DNA from: Octopus sinensis
Lineage: Eukaryota
Direction of reading: 5' to 3'
Length of the DNA stretch: 64,000 nt
NCBI RefSeq assembly: GCF_006345805.1
Contig: NC_043008.1
Coordinates: 71,362,001-71,426,000 of the forward strand
The notes beneath the pieces were generated by a model that saw only the letters and a program-made list of their open reading frames with translations, made no database searches and was not told the DNA's origin. The translations under genes and the position numbers were made by a program. Shown here piece by piece: positions 1-11,504 of the stretch (position 1 is the stretch's first letter; each line of letters opens with the position of its first letter).

Positions 1-1029
1 CCTTAGTCTTCAAATAATTTATTCTATGCTGGTAATACCTATTTTGCTTAGGAAACATTGACCTTTTAGTTTTAAGAGAACAGATGTAGAGAGAAAATAA
101 TAAAACTCATCTATGTCATAAGAGTTGTACGAAATGTGAGTTTAATGCTTTCTGTACATTGAATCCCATACGTACATTCTTATTGCAGTCGAATATATGT
201 CTACTTTTTAAATCCGATCTATATATGATCATTCTTCTTATTACCTCATTAACAGAACTGATATAATACAAATCATTTTCATTAACTTAGCGGAAATTGG
301 CATAATATTTCACTGTTGGATAGAAGGTTTTGCGTTATTTCCTACAAAACTCTACAATCTGATTTCAAATCCCATTCAGGTCGATATCGTCCTTCACCAT
401 TTAGGTGTCGATAAAAATGGACCAATCCAGCGAGAGAATAGAGAGAAATATTCCAGGATCAACAGAGAAGCTTTGCGATATCAGGCTTTGCTCGTTGCGT
501 TCGTTGATGCTAATTCTAAGCTACATCGAAAAATACGCTCCAAAAAGATAAACATCAATGACATGAAAGGTGTGACAACATTTAAACAAACGCAACTACT
601 CGTTGCTGCAAGATAATTTGGCCTGGCCTGCGCCTATATTTACAGATACATGAACAACACTGAGAAACAGGAGCTACATATTGATATTACTGGTATTAGA
701 ATCTATTGTAGCCTATTGGTAAGATGACACAAACTTGCCGTACAATATTTATTCCATTGTGAGTTCGAATGTAGTCTCTGTTTAAAATGCCTACAAAATA
801 ACGCAACAGTATTTACTTCGTTTTACTAAACGGTTCAATCCCCATCCACAAACTCAATGATAATTTCCTTATGTTAAAGTGCAACAATATTCCCCTCAAA
901 ACGATAAAACTGATTGCCCATGGTATATATTGAAATAGATTATTTACTTATACTGTTTTACTAACCGAGTTAAATTTCACCAACTTCGAATGACAGAGCC
1001 ATTAAAATTATCGGTAACAAATGAGTTGT

Positions 1030-1147
1030 GGCATTTGTTCCTGCTGTTTATATTCTGAGTTCAAATCCCGAAGTGGTAAATTTTAATGCCTTTGGAAGAA
1101 AAGAGGTCTCAATTAAAGAGTGGAGTTGACATTATCGACTACACGCC
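1030..1147 (+). mobile_element. Degenerate SINE fragment; related decayed pieces at about 340-440, 30500-30590 (-) and 32855-32935 (-)
   Basis: tggcatttgttc...tattctgagttcaaatcccg contains a B-box-like GTTCAAATC; similar motifs recur elsewhere in the window. Confidence 0.5.
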
Positions 1148-1329
1148 TACCATGAAAATGGTTGGCATTATGTTAAATCATCAGCGTCGTCATCAACGAC
1201 GTCGTCATTATCTTCATCACGATAACTCAGAATTCACAGGTTCTTACGCTACATCCAAATATAAACTTAAACCATTTCATCCATAACTTCATTTGTGGAA
1301 GGAAGAAGTGCTTTAGACCCCCGCCCACA

Positions 1330-2900
1330 AAAAATGCAGGAAGAAGACGAAAGCAAGGTTGTGACATGTGAATAAATTACACACGGCGTGTGCAGTTAGT
1401 TCAATGAAGGACTGCACACAATTTCCAAGCATCCCACAATCATGTTCCTACACCATACGGGTTACGCAAAGACAACAAACCCTACATAAACCTTGTCATA
1501 AGGCCCCCAACCAAGCCGGTTTGCGCAACGAATATCTACAGCAACTCTAAACTGCCCTACTTCTTCTCACAGGTATTATGACCTCTCATAGAGATATCTC
1601 CAGATGTCTGTGTTAGCAAAGAGGAGCTCAGTAAAATCAGTACTTTCAACCACTCCAACGACCTCACAGGTTGTGTAGTGGGTAGTATGGATGTGATTTC
1701 ACACGACCTATCTATAGACATAGAATTTGCTGTGGAGAAATGCATTGATGTATTCTGTGTGAGTGAAGTGGAGTTCCGTAAGGTTAACACGAGGGAACTG
1801 GTCCTCCTCTTCAGACTAAGCTACAACAGTAACTATTGGGATGACCATGACCTCAGTAGATTCTGCCCCACCAGGTTACAGAGGGGAAGACCACCCACCA
1901 TCACTTCAGCTGTGAAGAAAAACACCACAGAGCGCTGGAGTGGCTGGACCGCACCCACCGAAAACCCCGAGAACAACAATCAGGTGAAAGAAATGATTGC
2001 ACAATCAATAGGGTCCAATGTAAAAATCACCTTCAAAAACCACATAGTAAAGTTTAACAAAATACTATACATGCAGGTTCAAGATGCAGCCACTGGGGTC
2101 GGTGTAGCTGGAGATGTGGCCTGCATCTTCATGACCTGATGGGACAGAAGACTTAAACAAATGTTAGCAGAACGGTTCACAACTCTCCTACTCTACAGTA
2201 GATATGTAGATGGCATTAACATCATAGTTAGGACCGACTCTAGTGACGGTAATGTAGAAACTGAGAGGAACGTAATGGAGAGCATCCAGCAAATAGCAAA
2301 CGCCATCCACCAAAGTATCAAGGTAACTATAGATTACCCCACTAAGCACCCCAACAACAGACTCCATGTACTTGATACTGAACTTCGGTTAGAGACTGTG
2401 AACAATAGAGTGCAACTCCTCCACTCTTATTACATGAAACCCTTAACTTCAAAATATGTTGTTCACAAAACTCAGCTTTGCACACAACATGAAAATTAAC
2501 ATACTCATAGCAGACATAGTTAGGATAATGAACAACGTGTTCCGACTATGCGAACCCTTTGAAACGTAAAAACATATACAGAACTGCATGCGGGTATGAT
2601 CAGAAAGATAGGGTTCGAGTATACATGGCGCTAGAGAGAAATTAGATAACATTATGCATAATGATACTAGTGGGACCTGCTTTTGATATAGAAACAAAGA
2701 ACGGAATAGGATACAATGAACTTGTGACAAAACAAACAGGGCGAACACGTGGTATAAAACCGACAGATATCAAGGAGTTATGTTTGGGGAGGCCACAGCC
2801 CATAGAGAACAGGCCCGTAGATTTAGAAATGCTCTGAAGGAGACCAAACTCGACATTAAGACTGTACGTCCTTATAAATGAAACTTCCACAATACTAAAT
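1330..2900 (+). mobile_element. Degraded Penelope-like element (PLE), reverse transcriptase region
   Basis: Frameshifted PLE RT motifs in order: PYGLRKDNKP (about 1455), FKNHIVKFNKILYMQ..ATGVGVAGDVACIFM (ORF 1678-2139), YSRYVDGINII, LHVLD and HSYYMKP (ORF 2161-2499). Confidence 0.75.
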
Positions 2901-3419
2901 AGGAAATATATATAGTAGACATCATACCCACATAGCCACGGTTTATACAGGTAGAGTAGAATAGTTAGTGGACTGTTATGTAGATGTACGTATATATGTG
3001 TGTGTATGTATGTGTATATGCACATGTATGTAAGCATATGGATATGGACATATACACACGGATAGGTACATAGGCTATATGCACAGACAAGCTCACATAC
3101 GCAAATGTAGATTGAAACACATGACCATATACACACACACACACATGCATACATACATACATACATACATACATACATACATACATACATACATACATTC
3201 TTGCATGTTTGCATAGGCACACGCACACTCTGAACCAAACCCATGCGCACAAACAAAAAGAAGGAACGCAGAGTAAATAACGGACAGAGTCAAGACTATT
3301 GAAAAGGTTGCAAGACGCAACAAAAATTTTAGGAAAAGAAGTGGAAATTTTACCGGTGGGTGTGTTAAATTATAAGGCACAAAAAGAAAATGACTCTCCC
3401 CAGATACAACAATATATGC

Positions 3420-3463
<44 letters not shown>

Positions 3464-3768
3464 AACGTATCTACCTGTGTGTGTCTGTGTCTCTATGCAT
3501 GTGATTGTCCCCACGCCGTTTGACAATGGTATTGGTTTGTTAACAAACCTTAACGTAGCTTTTCGAGAAGGAGAATCGATGGAATCAGTACGAGATTTAA
3601 AAAAAATAACTATAAGTGACGATTTTCTTTACTAAAGTCGGTGCCCCAGTATGGATGAAGTCCCACGAATGAAACAAGTATGTGATAAGGGTTAAAATAT
3701 AAAATGCCCTGAAAACCACACAAACTGGAAACAAATGTTCCTCCCCAAACAAAAACTAAAAATGCATA

Positions 3769-6700
3769 TCTATATCTATAGAATTCACTGTTTGTTCGCG
3801 CGTGTGTGTCCTCTATGCTCGACCAAACCGATGGATCAATCTATACCAAATTTGGCATGAAAGTTTTTCATTACTCAGGGAAGATTCTAGTGGGGTGTAA
3901 AACTTTGGCTCTTGCCCATACAGGAGGCTGTAGCTGCCCTCCGTATGACCCTTCCAATTTTTTTTTCAGCAGATTCCTATGTTTTCGATGACGGAGATGA
4001 AACATGCAAAAAAACATGTTTTCAAAGTTTTAAATTTTCCCTTCCTCCAAATTACAAATTTTTAGCTTTTTACCAATTTTTTTCAATCTGCGTAGGATAA
4101 ATACGGACATAAAGAATATGGAAACAAAAAAGAATTTTAAATTCAAATTTTCTTTGAAGAACTCCAAATTCCACACACCCCTCTCCACCACATCCCATTG
4201 TTTAAAACTGAAAATGAACTGCTAAAAGGAGCAGCTAAATTTTGGAAATTTTCTGTGTTTGTGTGTGCACGCGCGCAACAAATTCTACAGTTTATACGAA
4301 TGAACGGAGAAAGTAAACAGAAATGTGTTTTACAAACCTGTCGTATACGTCAATTTTGTTTTGTCGCTTTGAAGGTAAAAGATTCTGATAGTAGCAAACA
4401 TGATACTGAATAATTCTCCATTATAAGTCTTCAATCCCAACTCTTTGTTTTTCAATGTAGAAATAAGCGTTTTTGGAATGTGATAATGAAACAAGTGGTT
4501 TCGTCCTTACCGCCAAAATTAATTTCTCTTGCAAAAGAGAAGGTAGCATTTTCTTTCTTTTCCAGTATATAATTAGAAGAGAGAATATGTAGTTACAAAA
4601 AACGTTAAAACTTTAAATATTTGATCACTCTGTCATTGAATCAGGATTTTAATTTCATTTGATACACACTTCACTATCATTGATATGGAAAATTGTAAAC
4701 TTATTTTAATAGAATTTTTATGAGTACATTCCCATAAATGCGCAGTAATCTCCCCCAGACATCTGTACGCAGATACAGATAGACGAAGTTGCATTTTGGA
4801 AGTATATTAAATTTTTGTTATTTTGGAATGTAGAACACAAACATAGGTGATGATGCAGTGACTAAATTTGTCGTATTTTGTTGGGATTAATCCAAATTAA
4901 TTGACAGCAAGTTACGTAAGTAGTTTTCTGAAACAAAATTTCTGTGTATCGTCTTGTCACATGCGCATTCACTGACACTTTTACACAAAAGTTGGTTACA
5001 GATATACTTACTAGTGACTGGATAAACATTTCGTAAATATTTACAATAACACAATACTCCCTAAATACTAACCCTAACTGCTACCCTAAACCATAAATTT
5101 GTTTACAGCAGGTCCGGCGCTGGGCCCCTGCAACCCCTGTGGTCGTAGGGAGCCTCCACGAAGAACCGGAATTACTATAATGTAAAACTTAAAATTCGGT
5201 CTTACACGCAACTTATGTAATTTTCAAAAGACGTGGAAACAGTATGGTTTCTAAATAACGAAAGGTTTTCATACGGACGCAGGCTCGGTGAAAACTCATC
5301 TTACACTGATTTAACTCATTCATTCATTCGGTACCTTAGGCATATACACTATAGGATAGCTTTCAAATTATACGATAAACTTTATAAATTTTAAAGTTCT
5401 ATATTCTCGTGACGTAAGTTAGAGATATGGACATGAGTTATTCAAATAATTGTTCGTGGAATGGACCTAATAAAATTAGCTAGAGTACACTGATATTTCA
5501 TATTTAAATCCGCTGTAACTATTTCGACTTGGATAGGGATTAGAAAATGTTATATCTTGATAAACTTCCAATACATATTTGGGATATTTTTGGAACTGGT
5601 CTTATTAACACTGGCTATTTTTATTTTAAATCAGATGTGAGTAATTATACTTGAATAGAGAGTAAAAAATATTGTATGCTTATAACTCACATTACATACT
5701 AGCTGGCAAAGGAGGGGAGCAGAAATTGAAGTCTACAATAGGTGGATTGTGCCGTATTGTCCCCTTCTGTCAAAGATCTTCGAAGCACATATTAATGTTG
5801 GGTTTTGTAACTCAGTTAAATCCATCAATTATGTGTGTAAGTATGTGAACATGAGGTCAGGCATGGCTGTTTTTGGCCGTCAGGAGGCAAACAAGAATGA
5901 TGAGTTGACATGGTACCAGATGCCACGCTACATTAGCAGCAATGAAGCAGCCTGGAGACTGTTTAACTTTCCGTTGTAAGGACGGCTTCCAACTGTTATC
6001 TTTCTAGCTGTACATCTACAGAATAGCCATCGTGACTACTTTACTCGGGACAATCCACAACGTCTCCAGCAGCAATTTGATGTTCCAGGTTCAACAGCAT
6101 TGACTACGTTTTATGAACTTTCTAGCACAGATCCATTTGCTTCCACTCTTTTGTACCAAGAAGTCCCTCATTTTTACTCATGACTACAGACCACTAAATA
6201 ATGGAAGAGATGTGCCATTGGTCAGACTGTTGCAGGGTATCCAGGAATAGAGATTCAGAATTGGGACAGGTCTACACTGTGCTTCCTAACAATTTTGCGT
6301 GTTATTTCTTAAGGCTCCTTTTCAACACAGTCTGTGGTCCAAAGAGTTTTCTAGATCTGAAGACTTTTAATGCCTATGTCTGTGAATCTTACAGAGAGGC
6401 TTGTCATTTCCATGGCCTACTTGAAGATGACAGTCACTGGAGTGCGACACTGGATGCGGCAGTTGTTTCATGTTCTGCATTTCAGTTGTTAAATATCTTC
6501 ATCGTTATGCTTCAAGCTTGCGATATCTCTAGCCCTCGCCAGCTGTTGGATAAGCACCAGGAGTCCTTCTGTGGTAACATTGTTCACGGATTGCAGAGGT
6601 AAAATCAAGGAGTCGACTGAGGAAATAAAGAATGAATCTCTACTTCTTCTTGAAGACAAGGCCCATCAGCTTGGAGGAAAACGTTTGCAGGAGCATGGCT

Positions 6701-8310
6701 TGCCAGATCCAATAAAAGAGCAGCACAGAACAGACCAGGAAATATTAAGGTAGACATCCTATAATATCAACAATCTTAATGAGTATGTGACAGAGAATGA
6801 GCCAAAGCTTTTGACTGAACAACGGACATATTACAATTTCATCATTCGAATGACTCAAGAGCAAAAGAGTGGCCTGTTCTTTCTCGATGCTCCAGTGGCC
6901 ACTGGCAAGACGTTTTTGATCAACATTCTTTTAGCAAAAGTCCGTCTGGATGGGTACATTGCATTGGCGGTAGAGTCTTCTGGAATCACAGCAACTATCT
7001 TGACAGGCGGTCGAACAGCTCATTCTACTTGCAGGCTTCCTTTGAATTTACTCCGGACAGGGACTCCAATTTGTATCATCCCTAAGACATTAGCAAAGGC
7101 CAGGGTCTTGCAGCAGACGTGCTTTATTGTCCGGGATTAATGCACCATGTCTCATTGTGGAGCACTTGAAACATTCGACCGTAGCCTAAGAAATTTGAGA
7201 GGAAAGGACATTCTCATGGGTGGTGTCACTGTAGTTTTGGTTGGAGATGTGAGACAAACATTTCCTGTGACCCACAAAGGCACAAAAGCAGATGAACTAA
7301 AGGTATGTCTCAAGCAATCCTGTCTGTAGAGGCAAGTGACTAAACTTCACCTGACACTTAACATGAGGGCCCAATTATTTAGTGACCAAACTGCCGAGCT
7401 GTTTTCACGCCAGCTTTTGAACATGGAGAATGGGAAACTACTTTATTCCACCAAATGCAGCAACACAAGCTACCCTGTGGTGAAATGGCTCCAAATGACA
7501 ATAATCCTAAAATGCATGTTTCCAAACATTGCATAAAACTTTAGCAACAGTCAATGGCTATGTGAGCAAGCCATTTCAGCTCTACGTAATGATATTGTCG
7601 ACAATATCAATTGGGATCTTTTGTTGATGTTGGCAGGACAAGAACAGTTTTTCAAATCCATCGAAACTGTCATAGATCAGGACCAAGCTGTAGTTTTTCC
7701 AATTGAATTCCTGAACTCACTACAGCCATCTGGGATACCACCTCACAACTAAACACTTAAAAGGAAACCACAATCATGCTGCTCAATAATCTGGATTTAC
7801 CTCGCCTGTGTAATGGCAATAGACTAGTGGTGAAAGCGATGCAACCCCATGTCCTAGAGACAGTATTTATCACAAAGAAATGTAAGGGAGAAAATTTCTT
7901 CATTCCATGGATTCCGTTAATCCCATCGGATCCCCCCTTTGAATTTAAACGGTTCCATAAGTTTTGTTATGTCAATAAACAAATCTCAAGGACTATCTCT
8001 CAAGATTGTTGGACTTAACCTTGCTTTCCCTTGCTTCTCTCATGGGCAATTATATACAGGATGTTCGCGTGTTGGAAGTCCCAAAAGTCTTTTTATTAGC
8101 ACCCCAAATAAAGGACACAAGAAAAATATTGTATATTTAGAAATTCTACAAAATTAAACTGTGATCGATTTCAGGATTTATTTTTAATAACTTTGTTTAT
8201 ACTCACGTTATCGGATAGAATTTTTCTCAAAATATATAAATTATCAGAAGAAATATATTTATATCCTCTGATATTGTTTAAACTTTCAGGCAACTCGGGG
8301 TACTTAGAGT

Positions 8311-8312
<2 letters not shown>
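3769..8312 (+). mobile_element. Helitron relic with both termini recognisable
   Basis: 5' A|TCTATATCTATA at 3768-3780 followed by a typical Helitron 5' region (ggatcaatctataccaaatttggcatg). 3' end ggcaactcggggtacttagagTAG|T is a degenerate hairpin plus CTAG-like end at 8309-8312. RepHel fragments lie between. Confidence 0.7.
5690..8157 (+). pseudogene. Helitron Rep/PIF1-helicase (RepHel) pseudogene, many stops and frameshifts
   Basis: WIVPYCPLLSKIFEAHINV..SINYVCKYV, RYISSNEAAWRLF, FLDAPVATGKTFLIN (Walker A), GGRTAHS, LCNGNRLVV and SINKSQGLSL..FSHGQLY..SRV..NIVY are characteristic of Helitron helicases. Confidence 0.93.
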
Positions 8313-8360
<48 letters not shown>

Positions 8361-8514
8361 CACACACATGCACACAAAACACACATATATGTTTAATACC
8401 TTTTAAAGTCGAAATGCTTTGTGAATCATCTCATTTCATACAGGTCTCCAAGACACCAACATTTCATTATTGAAGAAATTTGAAAACATAATAAATAATA
8501 TTTTACTGAAGCAT

Positions 8515-9590
8515 GCTTAGTTAGTTAGTTAATTTGGCTCAAAAGCAAATAGCAAGGCCATGTAGGGGGACATGGAGTTAAGTACAGGGTGGTGTTCATG
8601 TAAAGAGTTCAGGCCACTTGAGGTCAAGGGAGGCTTTGAACAAAGCGGTCGTCGGCATCTTCACCATCTCGTCTGGCAGCTTGTTCCACGGATCCGCAAC
8701 CCGGACGGAGAAAGCTCCTCTCCTTCGATTGAGATGAAATCGTCGCAGGTAGAGCTTTTCGGAATGACCCCGCAGCCGACGCTCTGGAGCAGGAGTGAAG
8801 AACAGCTCTTTCAAGAGGTTACACTTTCCGCTTATGATGCTGTGGGCGAGAATGAGATCACCACGGCGGCGACGTTTTTCTAGAGAATAAAGGTCGAGCG
8901 TCCTCAGCCTTTCTTCATAGGACACATTTTTGAGACCATGAACCATGCGGGTAGCCAGCTTCTGGACTCTTTCGAGATGCTGTATGTCTTTGAGGAGATA
9001 AGGAGAAGAGGCTTGAATTCCGTATTCCAATATGGGTCTCACCAGCGTGACGAGTGGTAGGAATATGGCTGCTGTGAGCATTCCGAATGACCGTCGAATC
9101 AAGAACAGAATTCCGCGTGCTTTGTTGGCAGCATGGACGCACCCGGCCGAAGGCGAAAAGGAGGAATCCACCAAGATACCCAGGTCCTTTACCTGACCGG
9201 TCCTCTCCAGCAGCAGACGACCCGGCTTGAAATCAAGTTGAGTTGCAGGAGGAGAGCCAACAGGCAGATGACAGCACTTTGACACGTTCAGACACAGGTC
9301 ACATTCGTTAGACCACCTCCAAATTAGGTGGAGGCATCGACGAAGATCCTCTATATCACCGCGAGGAGCGACCAGTTTGACATCGTCGGCGAATAGAAGG
9401 GTGTGTTGCGTGAGGTCGTCGGGCAAGTCATTTATGAAGACTAAGAACAATAAGGGCCCAAGCACTGAACCTTGAGGCACGCCACTGCTCGCACTGGAGA
9501 CGTCGGACCGCGAACCATTAACTTGGACTTGGAAGGAGCGATCTGAGAGGAAGGCTCCAACCCATCGTACAATATCCGGATGGATCACCG
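8515..9590 (-). mobile_element. 5'-truncated CR1-clade LINE with an uninterrupted 330-aa RT C-terminal ORF (8596-9588) and (TAAC)n tail
   Basis: SGVPQGSVLGPLLFLVFINDLP, LFADDVKL, LVRPILEYG, LERVQKLATR, RRRGDLI, LRGHSEKL, FSVRVADPWNKLP; short ttagttagttagtt tail near 8517-8531. Confidence 0.93.
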
Positions 9591-9591
9591 C

Positions 9592-9822
9592 CTTTCAGTG
9601 TGTTTGGGTTTCTTTTCTGTACTGTTTTTTATGAAGTAGAGTGATGGGCTTCTGCTGCGATGTGGGCTCATTTGGTATCTCATGTACAAATGTCTTCAAG
9701 CGCTCTGTCAAGACCTCCACACCTACTCCTCTTAGATCTCTGAGGTTGCTTGTCATAATATGGATAGCTATGGACCCTTGAAACCCAAGCATAGTACTAG
9801 GTCCTTATTCGAGATGGAGAAC
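9592..9822 (-). mobile_element. 3'-end fragment of a second LINE family (probably CR1/L2 group)
   Basis: Translates as FQGSIAIHIMTSNLRDLRGVGVEVLTERLKTFVHEIPNEPT, resembling the FN.LP..LR.....F...LD.FL..IPDEP terminus. An inverted related copy lies at 11065-11312. Confidence 0.6.
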
Positions 9823-10137
9823 ATGAGATCTTCTGGTACTATGCGGTGTCGTCCATTTTATTTTACTCCCTTATCTTACTTTAAGGATCTCCAGCATTTA
9901 ATACTATATATATAAACATACAAGCGGATACAAGTGTGTGGGCATGTATTTTTATGTATGTATGTATATGTGGGTATATGTATATATGTATACCAAAGTA
10001 CCTGTACGCGTGGGGACGTGTAACAATGTCTAAGCACCTGACCGCTTGCGCGTATGTATGTGCGTATGCATGTATGTGTATATGTATGCGCACATATATG
10101 CGTGTATGAATACATTTACAGATGCGCGTGAGTATGC

Positions 10138-10212
<75 letters not shown>

Positions 10213-11064
10213 TATGTATATATATGTACATATTTTTGTGTATATATATATATGCATATGCATGCTTGTATATGTATGTTTGTGCGCACGTATGTCATTT
10301 TATGCCTTTTCCTCCTCTCTGATTCCTATCTATCACACTAACCTATCACATACATCTATTCATAGAAACTTGGCATCCTTGTATTCTTCCCTCCACTTTA
10401 AATTTTACTACTAAAACTACTACTCATTTTGGTATCACTCCACCCATACGTATTCTTTCCCCGTCCCTTAATACAGCCCTATCATATTACCCCTACCCAC
10501 ACATCTCACACTTATTCACTCCTTACCTTCCCATCTCTTCATATCCCTCCTCCTCTACTCCTCTCCTATCCTCCACTTACATTATCTTGACCATCAACTA
10601 ACACTCCTTTTCTCATTTCTTTCACACTATTTTCACTTTTTTCTCTGTCTTTTATTTTATTTTTTGTTCTATTTCACTTTTCTTTCTCTCTTTTTTTCCT
10701 CTGATTTTCGCTTCCTGTTTTCATTTTGACCTATCCCCTCATTCTAATCATACACATCTCCACCCCACCCCCATCTATCCACATATACTACTAATACATT
10801 CTTAAATTTTCATTCACACCACAAAATCCTTTCAAATGAGGAGCACAGAATCCACGACTCCATATTTTGAAATGACTGAAAATGAACTACTGTTGGAACT
10901 TTACTCGAATAATGGAACTGAAACTAACATATTTTATATTTTATTTCTACTTTCATTTTTTATTTCCCTCTACATTCCCTATTTCCTATTTTTCCATAAT
11001 AATTCCTTATTTCGAACTCAAATGTTTTCCCTAACGGCATTGGATAATAATAAAGATGCAGTCT

Positions 11065-11312
11065 TCTCCATTTCGAATAAGGATCTAGTACTGTAACCGC
11101 TTGAGTTTCAAGGGTCCACAACTATTCACATTATGCCAAGCAACATCAGAGATTTGAGAGGTGCAGGTGTAGAGGGCTTGACAGAGTGTCTGGAAACATT
11201 TGTACCTAAGATACCAAATGAGCCCATATCGCAGCTCTGCCCAATACTCTACTTCATCAAAAACGGTACCAAAAAAAAAAAAAGAAAAAAAAAAAAACAA
11301 ACACACTGAAAT
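11065..11312 (+). mobile_element. LINE 3'-end fragment, inverted relative of 9592-9822
   Basis: Shares tctccat.tcgaataagga.ctagtact, tttcaagggtcca, agataccaaatgagccca.atcgcagc and aaacacactgaaa with the reverse complement of 9592-9822. Confidence 0.65.
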
Positions 11313-11433
11313 ATATATATATATATCTTTCATACACTATTATATTTTAAATATTTGTCTTCTTACTCTTATTATGCAAGCTGGCCACGGGTAAATAATT
11401 ATTCCACAACTTTTACCTTTGTATTTATGAAGT

Positions 11434-11470
<37 letters not shown>

Positions 11471-11504
11471 GGATGGATAGATAAAAGCATACATACTATT
11501 ATAA

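Noticed and set aside
5060-5100. CCCTAA-like units as an interstitial telomere
   Set aside because: Only two or three imperfect units; such runs are common inside DNA transposons.
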